Shown in pieces: positions 1 through 8,373 of a stretch of 64,000 nt of DNA. This DNA comes from Maridesulfovibrio sp. (GTDB lineage: Bacteria; Desulfobacterota; Desulfovibrionia; Desulfovibrionales; Desulfovibrionaceae). The stretch lies in assembly GCF_965140835.1 (NCBI RefSeq), contig NZ_OZ223526.1. The stretch is one strand, 5' to 3'. The position numbers were made by a program, and so were the translations under genes. The stretch's first letter is position 1. Each line of letters starts with the position of its first letter. The notes under the pieces were generated by a model that was not told the origin of the DNA, did not search any database, and worked only from the letters and a program-made list of their open reading frames with translations.

Positions 1-1920
1 ATCATTCATTACGCCTTCATTAATGTGGATTCTGACAGCGCATTCTCCACCTGCTCCGCCAAGCTTGACCTTGGAACCTTCAGACACGCCGAGTTTTTTG
101 GCTGTCTTGGAGTTAACCTGAACCATAATGTCTTTGCCCATTAGTTCAAACTTGCTGATGGCAACCACGTTAAGCGGCGGAATAGCCACAGTGGGAGTAC
201 CGAAGATAAGCTTGGAGTAAGGAGCGAGAGCAATTTCGCCGCCTTTAGGCATAGCAACAGCTTTGGACAGGACAGAAGCCGCAAACTTAAGGGAGTCGGA
301 TTCGGTGGAATCTGAAACATAAGCAGCGCCTTCCAAAAGGGAATCCCAATCTGCACCAGCTTTCTCGGCCTTAGCCTGATAAACTGCTTCAGAGGATTCA
401 TATCCAAGATCAATGCCCAATCCGGAAGCCACGCCGAGAATTACGTCTACAGTGGGCTTGCTGTTGTAGAGAGGCTCTGCAACAGGAGCACTGGCTGAAA
501 GCATTGCCGCACCGACACCATAAGGAGTCTGTGCATCTTCAAAACGCTCATAGCTAGTGGGGTTGGGCAGAATCAGGTCAGCTTTAGAAGCTGTTTCATC
601 CATAAAAGTGCTGAAACTTACGAGGTAGCCTGCTTTTTCATATGCCGGAGCCAGAACTGTGTTCTGGGGCAGTGCGTAAACAGGGTTGGCTTCGTAAGCC
701 ATCATTACTTCAGGTGCTGCAATTTTACCCGCGGCGATACCTGAGAGGTAGCCGACGAAGTCTTTGGCAGCAAGTTCAAATCGGCCTTCGGCAGCGTCAA
801 CAGCTTTGGGCAGTTCAGGGAGAATCTTCATACCGCCGTCTTTGTTGACGCGGTCAAGCAGCATGTTGACAGCAGCAGCGGCGATCACATCGGCTGCACC
901 GGCACCCTGAGCGAACTCGGAGCCTGCAACTACCAATGGAGCGGAAGATTTCATCATGCGCTTAGCAAGTGCAGCCATTTCAGTTCCAGCAACGCCGGTA
1001 GCTTTCTCCACTTTGTCGGGAGAGAATCTGGACATAACCAGAGTCTTAAAGTCAGCGAAGTCGGAAGCGGATGCGGATGCTCCAGCTTTAAGCAGATGGT
1101 AAGCAAGGCCGAGACAGAAAATAGCGCCGGTTCCGGGTGTTACCGGAATCCACTTATCTGCTGCTACGGCAGTATTGTTCTGGAAAGGACCTGCATAGAT
1201 GTAAGAAGCTTTAACCTCTTCACCAGTGGGACGGTTCGCAGCGTATACACGCTGGTTTCTCACAACCGAACCCCAGGAATCCATGGCATCCGCTCCTACA
1301 AAGAGGACGAAATCAGAATTTTCCAGGTCATAACCGATCTGACCCTTTCCACCCATGCTGGAAAGTGCCACGGCTGCACCCTGCTCTTCACAGGGCATCA
1401 GGTAGCAGTCTGCACCCATTTCTGAAGCAAAACCGGACAGAACCTCAGTTGCAGTACCGGTGACATCACCGGAAACAACAGCGAGTTTGCCTTTCTGTCC
1501 CTTGACTGCTGCAAGTTTCTCGGAAAGAAGTTTTTCCGCATCTTCCCAAGAGATTGACTCGTATTTACCTTCGGCGACCTTTTTCATAGGACCGTTAATA
1601 CGAGAAGGACTGTACATGAGCTGCGGGCCGCTGGCGCTGATAGGATCAACACCACCCTTGCTCATTTCGTTTTCAGCATTTCCTCTGGTGAGGTAAGGGC
1701 TTCCGCCCACGGATTTAACAATCTCAGCACAAGGAGCTGCGCCGAATTTAGCAACAGTAGCCTGTTCAGTGATCGTACCGTATTTCAATCTGGGGATCCA
1801 AGGCCAGTTCTGAGACCAGATTGAAGCGTCATCCAGAGATTTCCAAATTACAGGGGTGAAGAGTGAACCAACAACACCACCTGTTACCAATTGAATAAAA
1901 GTTCTGCGATCAATACCCAT
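1..1920 (-). CDS. qrcB: QrcB-like molybdopterin-oxidoreductase-family subunit of the quinone reductase complex. The 3' end runs off the window.
   Basis: My own minus-strand translation from the ATG at 1920 gives MGIDRRTFIQLVTGGVVGSLF..., a Tat-like RR signal. The frame stays open to position 1 and ends ...GECAVRIHINEGVMND, which looks like a MopB C-terminal barrel. It lies directly downstream of a multihaem cytochrome gene, matching the known qrcA-qrcB order. Confidence 0.7.
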   Translation of the reverse strand, partial: MGIDRRTFIQLVTGGVVGSLFTPVIWKSLDDASIWSQNWPWIPRLKYGTITEQATVAKFGAAPCAEIVKSVGGSPYLTRGNAENEMSKGGVDPISASGPQLMYSPSRINGPMKKVAEGKYESISWEDAEKLLSEKLAAVKGQKGKLAVVSGDVTGTATEVLSGFASEMGADCYLMPCEEQGAAVALSSMGGKGQIGYDLENSDFVLFVGADAMDSWGSVVRNQRVYAANRPTGEEVKASYIYAGPFQNNTAVAADKWIPVTPGTGAIFCLGLAYHLLKAGASASASDFADFKTLVMSRFSPDKVEKATGVAGTEMAALAKRMMKSSAPLVVAGSEFAQGAGAADVIAAAAVNMLLDRVNKDGGMKILPELPKAVDAAEGRFELAAKDFVGYLSGIAAGKIAAPEVMMAYEANPVYALPQNTVLAPAYEKAGYLVSFSTFMDETASKADLILPNPTSYERFEDAQTPYGVGAAMLSASAPVAEPLYNSKPTVDVILGVASGLGIDLGYESSEAVYQAKAEKAGADWDSLLEGAAYVSDSTESDSLKFAASVLSKAVAMPKGGEIALAPYSKLIFGTPTVAIPPLNVVAISKFELMGKDIMVQVNSKTAKKLGVSEGSKVKLGGAGGECAVRIHINEGVMND

Positions 1921-1933
1921 TGCAGTCCCTCAC

Positions 1934-2485
1934 TTACTTATGGCAGACGTAACATGCGTTGCTGGTACCAACTTCCGCATGACAGCGTTCACACTGCCAC
2001 ATCTTCATGGTCTGCTTGCTGTAACCGCTGATTCTGTTTTCGTAATACGTCGGCAGCGTGTCGCTGTTGCCTACGTCGGGATGGCAATCAGTACACTCGA
2101 AGCCTTGGTGTGCCATGTGCGAAAAGTAAACGTTATCGGGCTGATACTGATAAACCAGCCAGGGAACTTCCACACCCTTCTGCAGATATTCAGTCACGTA
2201 GATTTCTTCAGCTTTAGATTCACCGAGTACATCTTCGTGACACTCAGCACACTTCTCATTGGAAGGCAGCCCTGCAAAGGAACCATCTTCCAGAAACATG
2301 TGACATGACTCACAGTCCATACCTTCACCTTCAACATGAACCTTGTGGCTGAAATCGATAGGCTGAGTTTTCTGGCTATAAATAACCTGCGGGAAAACCC
2401 ACCAACCGACAATCAGGCTCGCAAGGACACCGATGAAGAAAGGAAGAACTCCTCCACACTGCTTCGATGTTCTTTTTTCCTCCAT
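1934..2485 (-). CDS. qrcA: Membrane-anchored multihaem cytochrome c (QrcA-like)
   Basis: The 183-aa ORF has five CxxCH motifs (CESCH, CAECH, CTDCH, CERCH, CYVCH) and one N-terminal hydrophobic helix. It stops 13 nt before the qrcB start. Confidence 0.75.
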   Translation of the reverse strand: MEEKRTSKQCGGVLPFFIGVLASLIVGWWVFPQVIYSQKTQPIDFSHKVHVEGEGMDCESCHMFLEDGSFAGLPSNEKCAECHEDVLGESKAEEIYVTEYLQKGVEVPWLVYQYQPDNVYFSHMAHQGFECTDCHPDVGNSDTLPTYYENRISGYSKQTMKMWQCERCHAEVGTSNACYVCHK

Positions 2486-2677
2486 AACCTCGCCCCACTA
2501 CTCCTTAAGTTTTGTGAAACATAAACAACCAATTAACGCCATTTCTTCTAAAATAGAGAATCTTTCTATGTCAAGAGAATATGAAACTTTTCACAAACTC
2601 AAGAAATAGAAAAAGTGCACTATTTTTTACAATTGGAGTGCGCAAAAGCGCCTGCCGGCCTTCAGCCGAAGCCTGGG

Positions 2678-3229
2678 TTAAAACTCAAATGGCGAACTGA
2701 ACATGGCCAACAGCGGAAGTTCACGATCCTTATCGGAAAGTACAGGATTTTCAGTACTCCAGGGGATATCCAGGTCCGGATCATTCCACCTGATCCCGGC
2801 CTCACTGGCAGGGGAATAACCGGAATCCACCTTGTACATGAACTCATTTTCCTCTGACAGAGTTTCATACCCATGCGCGAATCCCTTGGGGATAAACAGC
2901 CTGAGAAAGTTCTCGGCAGATAGTTCAATTTTGAACGATCTCCCATAGGTCGGCGACCCTTTGCGTAAATCAACAACTACATCATAAACAGCACCCCGGG
3001 TAACCCACACCAGTTTGGCCTGAGCATGCGGCGGCATCTGTAAATGCAAGCCCCTGATTACGCCGATCCCCGATGAATATGCATGATTGTCTTGAACAAA
3101 ATCTGTAGGTAAACCATTTTCCGCAAAAACATTTTTATTAAAGCTTTCCAGAAAAAAGCCCCTTTTATCCCTGAAAACCTTCGGTTCTATGACCAATAGG
3201 CCGGGAAATTCCGTTTCAATCAACTTCAC
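2678..3229 (-). CDS. rfbC: dTDP-4-dehydrorhamnose 3,5-epimerase
   Basis: RmlC-type sequence: IETEFPGLLVIEPKVFRDKRGFFLESF...GLHLQ...FIPKGFAHGY. I prefer the GTG start at 3229 because it is preceded by GGAGGA. The ORF-track start at 3256 adds 9 atypical residues. Confidence 0.85.
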   Translation of the reverse strand: MKLIETEFPGLLVIEPKVFRDKRGFFLESFNKNVFAENGLPTDFVQDNHAYSSGIGVIRGLHLQMPPHAQAKLVWVTRGAVYDVVVDLRKGSPTYGRSFKIELSAENFLRLFIPKGFAHGYETLSEENEFMYKVDSGYSPASEAGIRWNDPDLDIPWSTENPVLSDKDRELPLLAMFSSPFEF

Positions 3230-3487
3230 GCATATCCTCCAAGCATGAGTAATCAAATTTCTGACACAAAAAACCGTTCTCCCAAAATTAACCGAGAATT
3301 ACCTGAGATCACGAAATGACACAACCTCATTTTTCACTTGATTGTCATATTTTTTATTATTTTCAGGTAGATTCATGATATTCACTTTTCCGTTACGGTC
3401 TGCTAACCTTTATCAACAACTTATTGCATTTTGCTTCCAAAGAAGGTTAGATTTTTTATAAACATCAATTTTAAAACGGATTTAAGT

Positions 3488-4048
3488 ATGCAAACAGCAG
3501 GTTTAGCCCTCAATGCGCTGGATATAATATTGATTGTTATTGCGGGGATGCTCATATTTAGGGGATTGCTGCGCGGAATAGTCAGGGAAGCAATCTCTGT
3601 TTTCTCCCTGATTTTAGGCTTTTATCTGGCCGCCAAGTATCACTATAAACTGGCACCCTATTTTGAGACTTTTTTTGACGGTCCCGGGACGGTCAAGGCT
3701 TTCAGCTACCTTTCAATAATAGTAGCGACCCTCTTTGTTGCCTTTCTTGTTGGGGTTACTATTAAAAAAATACTTACCGTGACCATGCTCAGCTGGGCTG
3801 ATCAGGTTCTCGGAGGAATTTTAGGATTTGTTGAAGCTATTATCGTTGGCGGAATCATTATCGTTGTCCTTAACAGCTTCACACCAAATTCCGAGTTCCT
3901 GACCAACTCAAAACTGGCCCCGAAAGTAATGGCTACTGCAAGCTTTTTCATAAGCTTCGCTCCAGATAACGTATTAGATTCATTAGACATCAAATCTATG
4001 TTTCCCGACCAGTCACAACTTACCAACCCTCTAAGCGACACAATATAA
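3488..4048 (+). CDS. cvpA: CvpA-family membrane protein
   Basis: N-terminus LNALDIILIVIAGMLIFRGLLRGIVREA followed by several TM helices. The ATG at 3488 is preferred over the upstream TTG at 3431. Confidence 0.75.
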   Translation: MQTAGLALNALDIILIVIAGMLIFRGLLRGIVREAISVFSLILGFYLAAKYHYKLAPYFETFFDGPGTVKAFSYLSIIVATLFVAFLVGVTIKKILTVTMLSWADQVLGGILGFVEAIIVGGIIIVVLNSFTPNSEFLTNSKLAPKVMATASFFISFAPDNVLDSLDIKSMFPDQSQLTNPLSDTI

Positions 4049-4049
4049 A

Positions 4050-4814
4050 ATGAGCACTAACTCCATTGAAAAACTAAAGAATGTAATTGCATCCCTGACT
4101 GCCCCTGAAGGCTGTCCCTGGGATAAAGAGCAAACCCCGCTTACACTTTGCGACTCAGTAATCGAAGAAGCTTTCGAACTGGTTGAAGCCATTCGCGCTG
4201 ACGACCGGCAGGAAGTCCTTGAAGAACTCGGCGATGTGATGTTCCTGCTTCTGTTTATCGCTCAGCGTTACGAAGAATCCGGAGATTTTAAATTTGCTGA
4301 CGCAGTCGACTCCGCAGCAGCAAAAATGATTCGCCGACACCCCCATGTTTTCGCAGATGCGAAAGTTGAAGATCAGGAAGAACTTCTGCGCAACTGGGAA
4401 AAAATTAAAAGAAGTGAAAAGAAGGGAGACAAAAAGATATTCGACTCCCTGCCCAAGGGACTGCCCCCCATGCTCAAAGCATACCGCATCAACTCCAAGG
4501 CTGCGCGCAGCGGCTTTACCTATGAGTCAGACGAACAGTGCATTGAGCAGCTTCAGAGCGAATGGAATGAATGGAACAGCGCCCTTGAATCCGGCAACAA
4601 AGAGGCAATCACTGAAGAATTAGGAGACTACCTCTTTACCCTCATTGAACTTGGGCGTCGCAAAGGTATCAAAGCTAACAGTGCGCTCGACACTACCAAC
4701 AACAAATTCCTCGATCGCTTCGCGAAGATGGAAGACCTCGCCAAAAAACAGGGCAAAGACCTTTCTGAAATGAACCTCATCGAACAAAACGAACTTTGGG
4801 AACAGGTAAAATAA
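4050..4814 (+). CDS. mazG: Nucleoside triphosphate pyrophosphohydrolase MazG
   Basis: Tandem MazG motifs: CPWDKEQT, EEAFELVEAI, ELGDVMFLL, and a second ELGDYLFTLIELGR. Confidence 0.85.
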   Translation: MSTNSIEKLKNVIASLTAPEGCPWDKEQTPLTLCDSVIEEAFELVEAIRADDRQEVLEELGDVMFLLLFIAQRYEESGDFKFADAVDSAAAKMIRRHPHVFADAKVEDQEELLRNWEKIKRSEKKGDKKIFDSLPKGLPPMLKAYRINSKAARSGFTYESDEQCIEQLQSEWNEWNSALESGNKEAITEELGDYLFTLIELGRRKGIKANSALDTTNNKFLDRFAKMEDLAKKQGKDLSEMNLIEQNELWEQVK

Positions 4815-4841
4815 ATTTTATCCCCCAATTACAAAATTATT

Positions 4842-4877
4842 CCCCGCTATCAGTTTTTGATGGCGGGGATTTTTTTT
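4842..4877 (+). terminator. Intrinsic terminator after mazG
   Basis: CCCCGC...GCGGGG stem followed by a T8 run. Confidence 0.6.
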
Positions 4878-4930
4878 AACAAACATTTTAATAGTTAATT
4901 ATTATTTTTTTATTTTTATTATTTTCACCC

Positions 4931-4957
4931 TAAAGTAATTTATATTTTATCCGATTT
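4931..4957 (+). promoter_or_regulatory. Sigma28 (FliA)-type promoter candidate
   Basis: TAAAGTAA-N11-TCCGATTT compared with the consensus TAAAGTTT-N11-GCCGATAA. It lies 41 nt upstream of the 4998 ATG. Confidence 0.5.
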
Positions 4958-4997
4958 AACAGATAGGCGCGTATATTGCCCTTTTCAGGAGGGGTTT

Positions 4998-5207
4998 ATG
5001 GACATAACAGGAATCAACTCAACCATGGAGGCCGCACCTGCGGTAAGTGACAAGCAGCTGTTCGGAGCGCAAGTAGTAACCAAAACTCTTGATTACATGA
5101 ACTCCGACCAGTTCAGTTCTTCAACCAGTACCGATTATGATTTCCAAAAAAGCGTTCTCAGTGCCGCTTACTCCGGCGTTGGGACTATTGCCAACACTAA
5201 AGCCTAA
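4998..5207 (+). CDS. Small YjfB-like putative motility protein (69 aa)
   Basis: MDITGINSTM...FGAQVVTKTLDYMNS resembles the YjfB family pattern. It has a GGAGG RBS, a sigma28-like promoter and its own terminator. Confidence 0.5.
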   Translation: MDITGINSTMEAAPAVSDKQLFGAQVVTKTLDYMNSDQFSSSTSTDYDFQKSVLSAAYSGVGTIANTKA

Positions 5208-5232
5208 AGGGCAGTCCGTGCGCCTGACACAT

Positions 5233-5262
5233 AAAACCCGGTCACTTGAGCCGGGTTTTATT
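5233..5262 (+). terminator. Intrinsic terminator
   Basis: AAAACCCGG-loop-CCGGGTTTT hairpin followed by a T-rich tail. Confidence 0.7.
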
Positions 5263-5305
5263 CTGCAATAAATCCCGCCACACACTATTGTCGTTTCATA
5301 TTTTT

Positions 5306-5321
5306 TGGAATAAATATTGCT
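5306..5321 (+). promoter_or_regulatory. Sigma54 -24/-12 candidate
   Basis: TGGAAT-AAATA-TTGCT has the correct GG-N10-GC spacing. It sits about 100 nt upstream of the 5420 ATG. The surrounding DNA is AT-rich, so a chance match is possible. Confidence 0.3.
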
Positions 5322-5419
5322 TCTTATTTTTCTAAAGTCATTGTGATGACTGAAAGCCTCTCGCGGAATTCATTTACCGGATCTCCGCGCTTTTTTCAGG
5401 CAAAGAAATAGGAGCCCCA

Positions 5420-8095
5420 ATGAAAAATATAATCTGGATCGTCATAGATACTCTTAGGTCTGACATGCTTGCTTCATGCCTTTCCGATAGAGCTCAATAC
5501 AATGAATTAGACGAGATTCTTGAACAGGGGGCCATTTTCACCGACGTGATGACCTGCGGGGGGTCTACCCGAAATTCAGCACCGGCATACTTTGCATCGT
5601 TACGGCCCGGATTAACGGGCATGACCGAACAAGGGGTACAGATTCTACGTGAATTCAAGGATGATGTGCTCACTGTAACAGAACATTTTAAACATCACGG
5701 CTATAATACATTCCGCTGGGCCGACAGCAACCTTGATTCCTGCCAGCCGAAACGGGGTTTTGACGTATACGAAGCAGGATATCCGGGTATCAGAAATGCT
5801 CCCCACATGAACTATAACAACCCGAAGCGTGCTGATTTCGTCCGGCGTGTCCGACAAAGCCAGAAACCATTTTTTGCAAATTTTCATCTCTATTTCATCC
5901 ACGACTTTGGCGGAATGATGCGTTCCAGCTGGTCTACTGAGGAATATCTGAATGTTATTTCAGCACAAGCTCAGGATTTACGTTGCTTATGGGAACAGCT
6001 TGCCCCGGGGCCGGATGATATCGCAGTCATAACTTCAGACCACGGCTGCATACTTGATCAGGATTATATTGAATACGACAAGAAAATTGCGTGGGGATTC
6101 GCAGACAGCAAAACACGCGTTTTTGCATCCTTCATAGGCGAAGATATCAAACCAGCAAAACATCATGAACTGGTAAGGTCAATCGACATCGCCCCCACCC
6201 TGCTAGACCTTGCTTTGGGCAAAGATATGAAAGCTCAGGGAGTCAGCCTCAAAGATACAATTCATGGCGGTCCTGTCCCGGAACTATTCGGAATTGCTGA
6301 GCGCAGCGATCACTCAAACAGAACCGCAATAACCACCTATGCCTGCGTACGCAAAAACAGGTGGGCCCTTTATCTTAATGACGGTGTCCCTAATGCCCTC
6401 TATAACAATTCCGAAGGAGAATTTGTTAAAAATTATATAGGTGCAAAACCTGAAATCCAAGATGAATTATATGACTTCTATAAAAAGACTGTCTTGGATG
6501 GTCCGCAGAGTGCCAGGGAGCTTTATGGACAAAAAGGTCTCGCTATTGAAGATATACGCGGGAAAATTGAAGCGAGTATTCTGCTTCCAGTTTTCAGTTG
6601 GAGCGATGAAACCAGACTGGCCGTAGAAGCCCTACTCGACCAACTACTGCTTACAGAACTTATTCTGCTCGACGCAGATGAAAGCGATGAAGTTGCAGAG
6701 AACATTCGTGAAAAATATAATGACCGGCTCTTCCTGCACTATGTTGATGCCAAGGGAATGAGTCTGCAGCAGATGCTGAACCGTGGGCTGGAGCTGGCCA
6801 AAGGGCCTTTTACCGTCACAGCTTCACCGGATTGCCAGTACACGGAAAATTTTTGTTACTCCCAGAGGGAAGTCTTTCTCACAGAACCGGACACAGCACT
6901 TACCTACCCCAACCTGAAACGGTTTATCCATGACCGCCGGGAAATGGAATATATTGGCAATGAAATCTGCCTTGATGAGATCATGTTCTCCCGGCTGGGA
7001 AGTCTTTTTGAACACAATGCGGCAACTGCCGCGTTCTCCCTGCCCCATTTTAATGAAATCGGAGCCTGCGCCATGTTTAAAACGGAAACCCTGCGCAATG
7101 CAGGAGGATTTGCGAGCAGCAGCGCTGACACCTTGGGACGCACATGGCACAAATTAAAAAGACATGGAAAGATTAAACATGTGAACAAGGGACTGGTAAT
7201 TTCTTCAGACCCGACCGTTCTCCGCCCATGCATATCCGGCCAAGAACGTAAACAGGATGTTAAAATCAGCATTTTAAGCCTATTGCCTAATGCGACGGCC
7301 CTCAAATCAATTCCGTTTTTTTTAGAAAGCATATCCAACCAGACTGAAAAGGCTTTAGAAATAATATTTCTCAGCTCAGAAATTAAGCATGAAATTATCG
7401 CAAAACTGGCTGAAAATCATCCGAGCCTGTGCATCAGAACAATTAACCGCTCTTCTAACGGACACGAATTATATAACGCTGGACTTTGTGCTGCCCGCGG
7501 CGAATTCATATTCTGGTCGGATATTTCCGACAAATTGCAGCCCGACTGCATAACAGCACTATTGGGGGAAATTGAAGGACAGGACAATATGACCGCTGCC
7601 AAGTGTGGGTATATTGTCCACCGGGAAGGCTGCATGCCACAGACAGTTGCTCCTCTCGCATATGTCCGCGAGATGATCCATGACATCTGCGATCTTCGTG
7701 GTTTGCTTTACCGACGCAGCCTTCATAACGAAATAGGTATTTTCAAACCCGGTGCTGACAAAGAACTTGGCTGGGACATGTGCATCCGTTTGGGGCTTAT
7801 CCGCTCTTTTGCGATAATTGATGAGCCGCTAATAGTTACAAGCACTCCCTACCAGTTCAACATGCAGCCGGATATCGAATCATATCATCGCATAATGCAT
7901 AATACCATCGACTTCATGGGAAATGCTGTAGACATGGTGCGGCTTTATGAGGATGATTTTCGCAGGCATCAGGCCGACAGCGCCCGCTATATCCTTGAAG
8001 AAGAGATGCACGCAATACAAAAGCTGATATGTATCAACGGGGTTGAAGCCAACGCCTTGCTGCGAGTGCCTAAAACCCATCTATTTGACGAGTAA
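5420..8095 (+). CDS. Multidomain enzyme with an N-terminal alkaline-phosphatase-superfamily (sulfatase/phosphotransferase-like) domain and two GT2-like glycosyltransferase modules
   Basis: N-terminal domain: IIWIVIDTLRSDML, GGSTRNSAP, VITSDHG. Middle module: ILLPVFSWSD...LLDADESDE...NRGLELAKG. C-terminal module: ISILSLLPN...YNAGLCAARGEFIFWSDISD. I see no TM segment or signal peptide. Confidence 0.6.
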   Translation: MKNIIWIVIDTLRSDMLASCLSDRAQYNELDEILEQGAIFTDVMTCGGSTRNSAPAYFASLRPGLTGMTEQGVQILREFKDDVLTVTEHFKHHGYNTFRWADSNLDSCQPKRGFDVYEAGYPGIRNAPHMNYNNPKRADFVRRVRQSQKPFFANFHLYFIHDFGGMMRSSWSTEEYLNVISAQAQDLRCLWEQLAPGPDDIAVITSDHGCILDQDYIEYDKKIAWGFADSKTRVFASFIGEDIKPAKHHELVRSIDIAPTLLDLALGKDMKAQGVSLKDTIHGGPVPELFGIAERSDHSNRTAITTYACVRKNRWALYLNDGVPNALYNNSEGEFVKNYIGAKPEIQDELYDFYKKTVLDGPQSARELYGQKGLAIEDIRGKIEASILLPVFSWSDETRLAVEALLDQLLLTELILLDADESDEVAENIREKYNDRLFLHYVDAKGMSLQQMLNRGLELAKGPFTVTASPDCQYTENFCYSQREVFLTEPDTALTYPNLKRFIHDRREMEYIGNEICLDEIMFSRLGSLFEHNAATAAFSLPHFNEIGACAMFKTETLRNAGGFASSSADTLGRTWHKLKRHGKIKHVNKGLVISSDPTVLRPCISGQERKQDVKISILSLLPNATALKSIPFFLESISNQTEKALEIIFLSSEIKHEIIAKLAENHPSLCIRTINRSSNGHELYNAGLCAARGEFIFWSDISDKLQPDCITALLGEIEGQDNMTAAKCGYIVHREGCMPQTVAPLAYVREMIHDICDLRGLLYRRSLHNEIGIFKPGADKELGWDMCIRLGLIRSFAIIDEPLIVTSTPYQFNMQPDIESYHRIMHNTIDFMGNAVDMVRLYEDDFRRHQADSARYILEEEMHAIQKLICINGVEANALLRVPKTHLFDE

Positions 8096-8373
8096 AGCCT
8101 ATTCTGTCGGGCTTTATTCAACGTTCTTCAGCCATGACGATTCAACCTGCTAAAAATCTTTCTAAATCCAATCAGGAATAAATTCAAAAGCGTTCGACAG
8201 TACTTTTGTTCTAAAAATCACATAGTAATTTTATTTTTTGTAAAATTAAGATTCAATGTTAAGATACTTTGTGAATTATTTGAAAAAGTCTTTTGAAATT
8301 GCAAAAGGATTGTTCACAACTTTCTGCTATGTTACTGTTTAAGAACTATTATTTTCTTAACCGGAGAAAAAAC

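Noticed and set aside
2615-2976. Small ORFs (80 and 104 aa) overlapping the 3' part of rfbC
   Set aside because: They lie inside or overlap the well-supported RmlC reading frame and have no independent signals.
8293-8373. N-terminal extensions in the ORF track: the MCP at 8293, and likewise der (16059), the ligase (47401), ddl (52538), gmhB (57645), nusA (35932), DUF4198 (63566), rpsO (43155) and flgM (23477)
   Set aside because: In each case an internal ATG or GTG preceded by a Shine-Dalgarno sequence gives the family-typical N-terminus. The upstream extensions start at weak codons, cross terminators or overlap the preceding gene.
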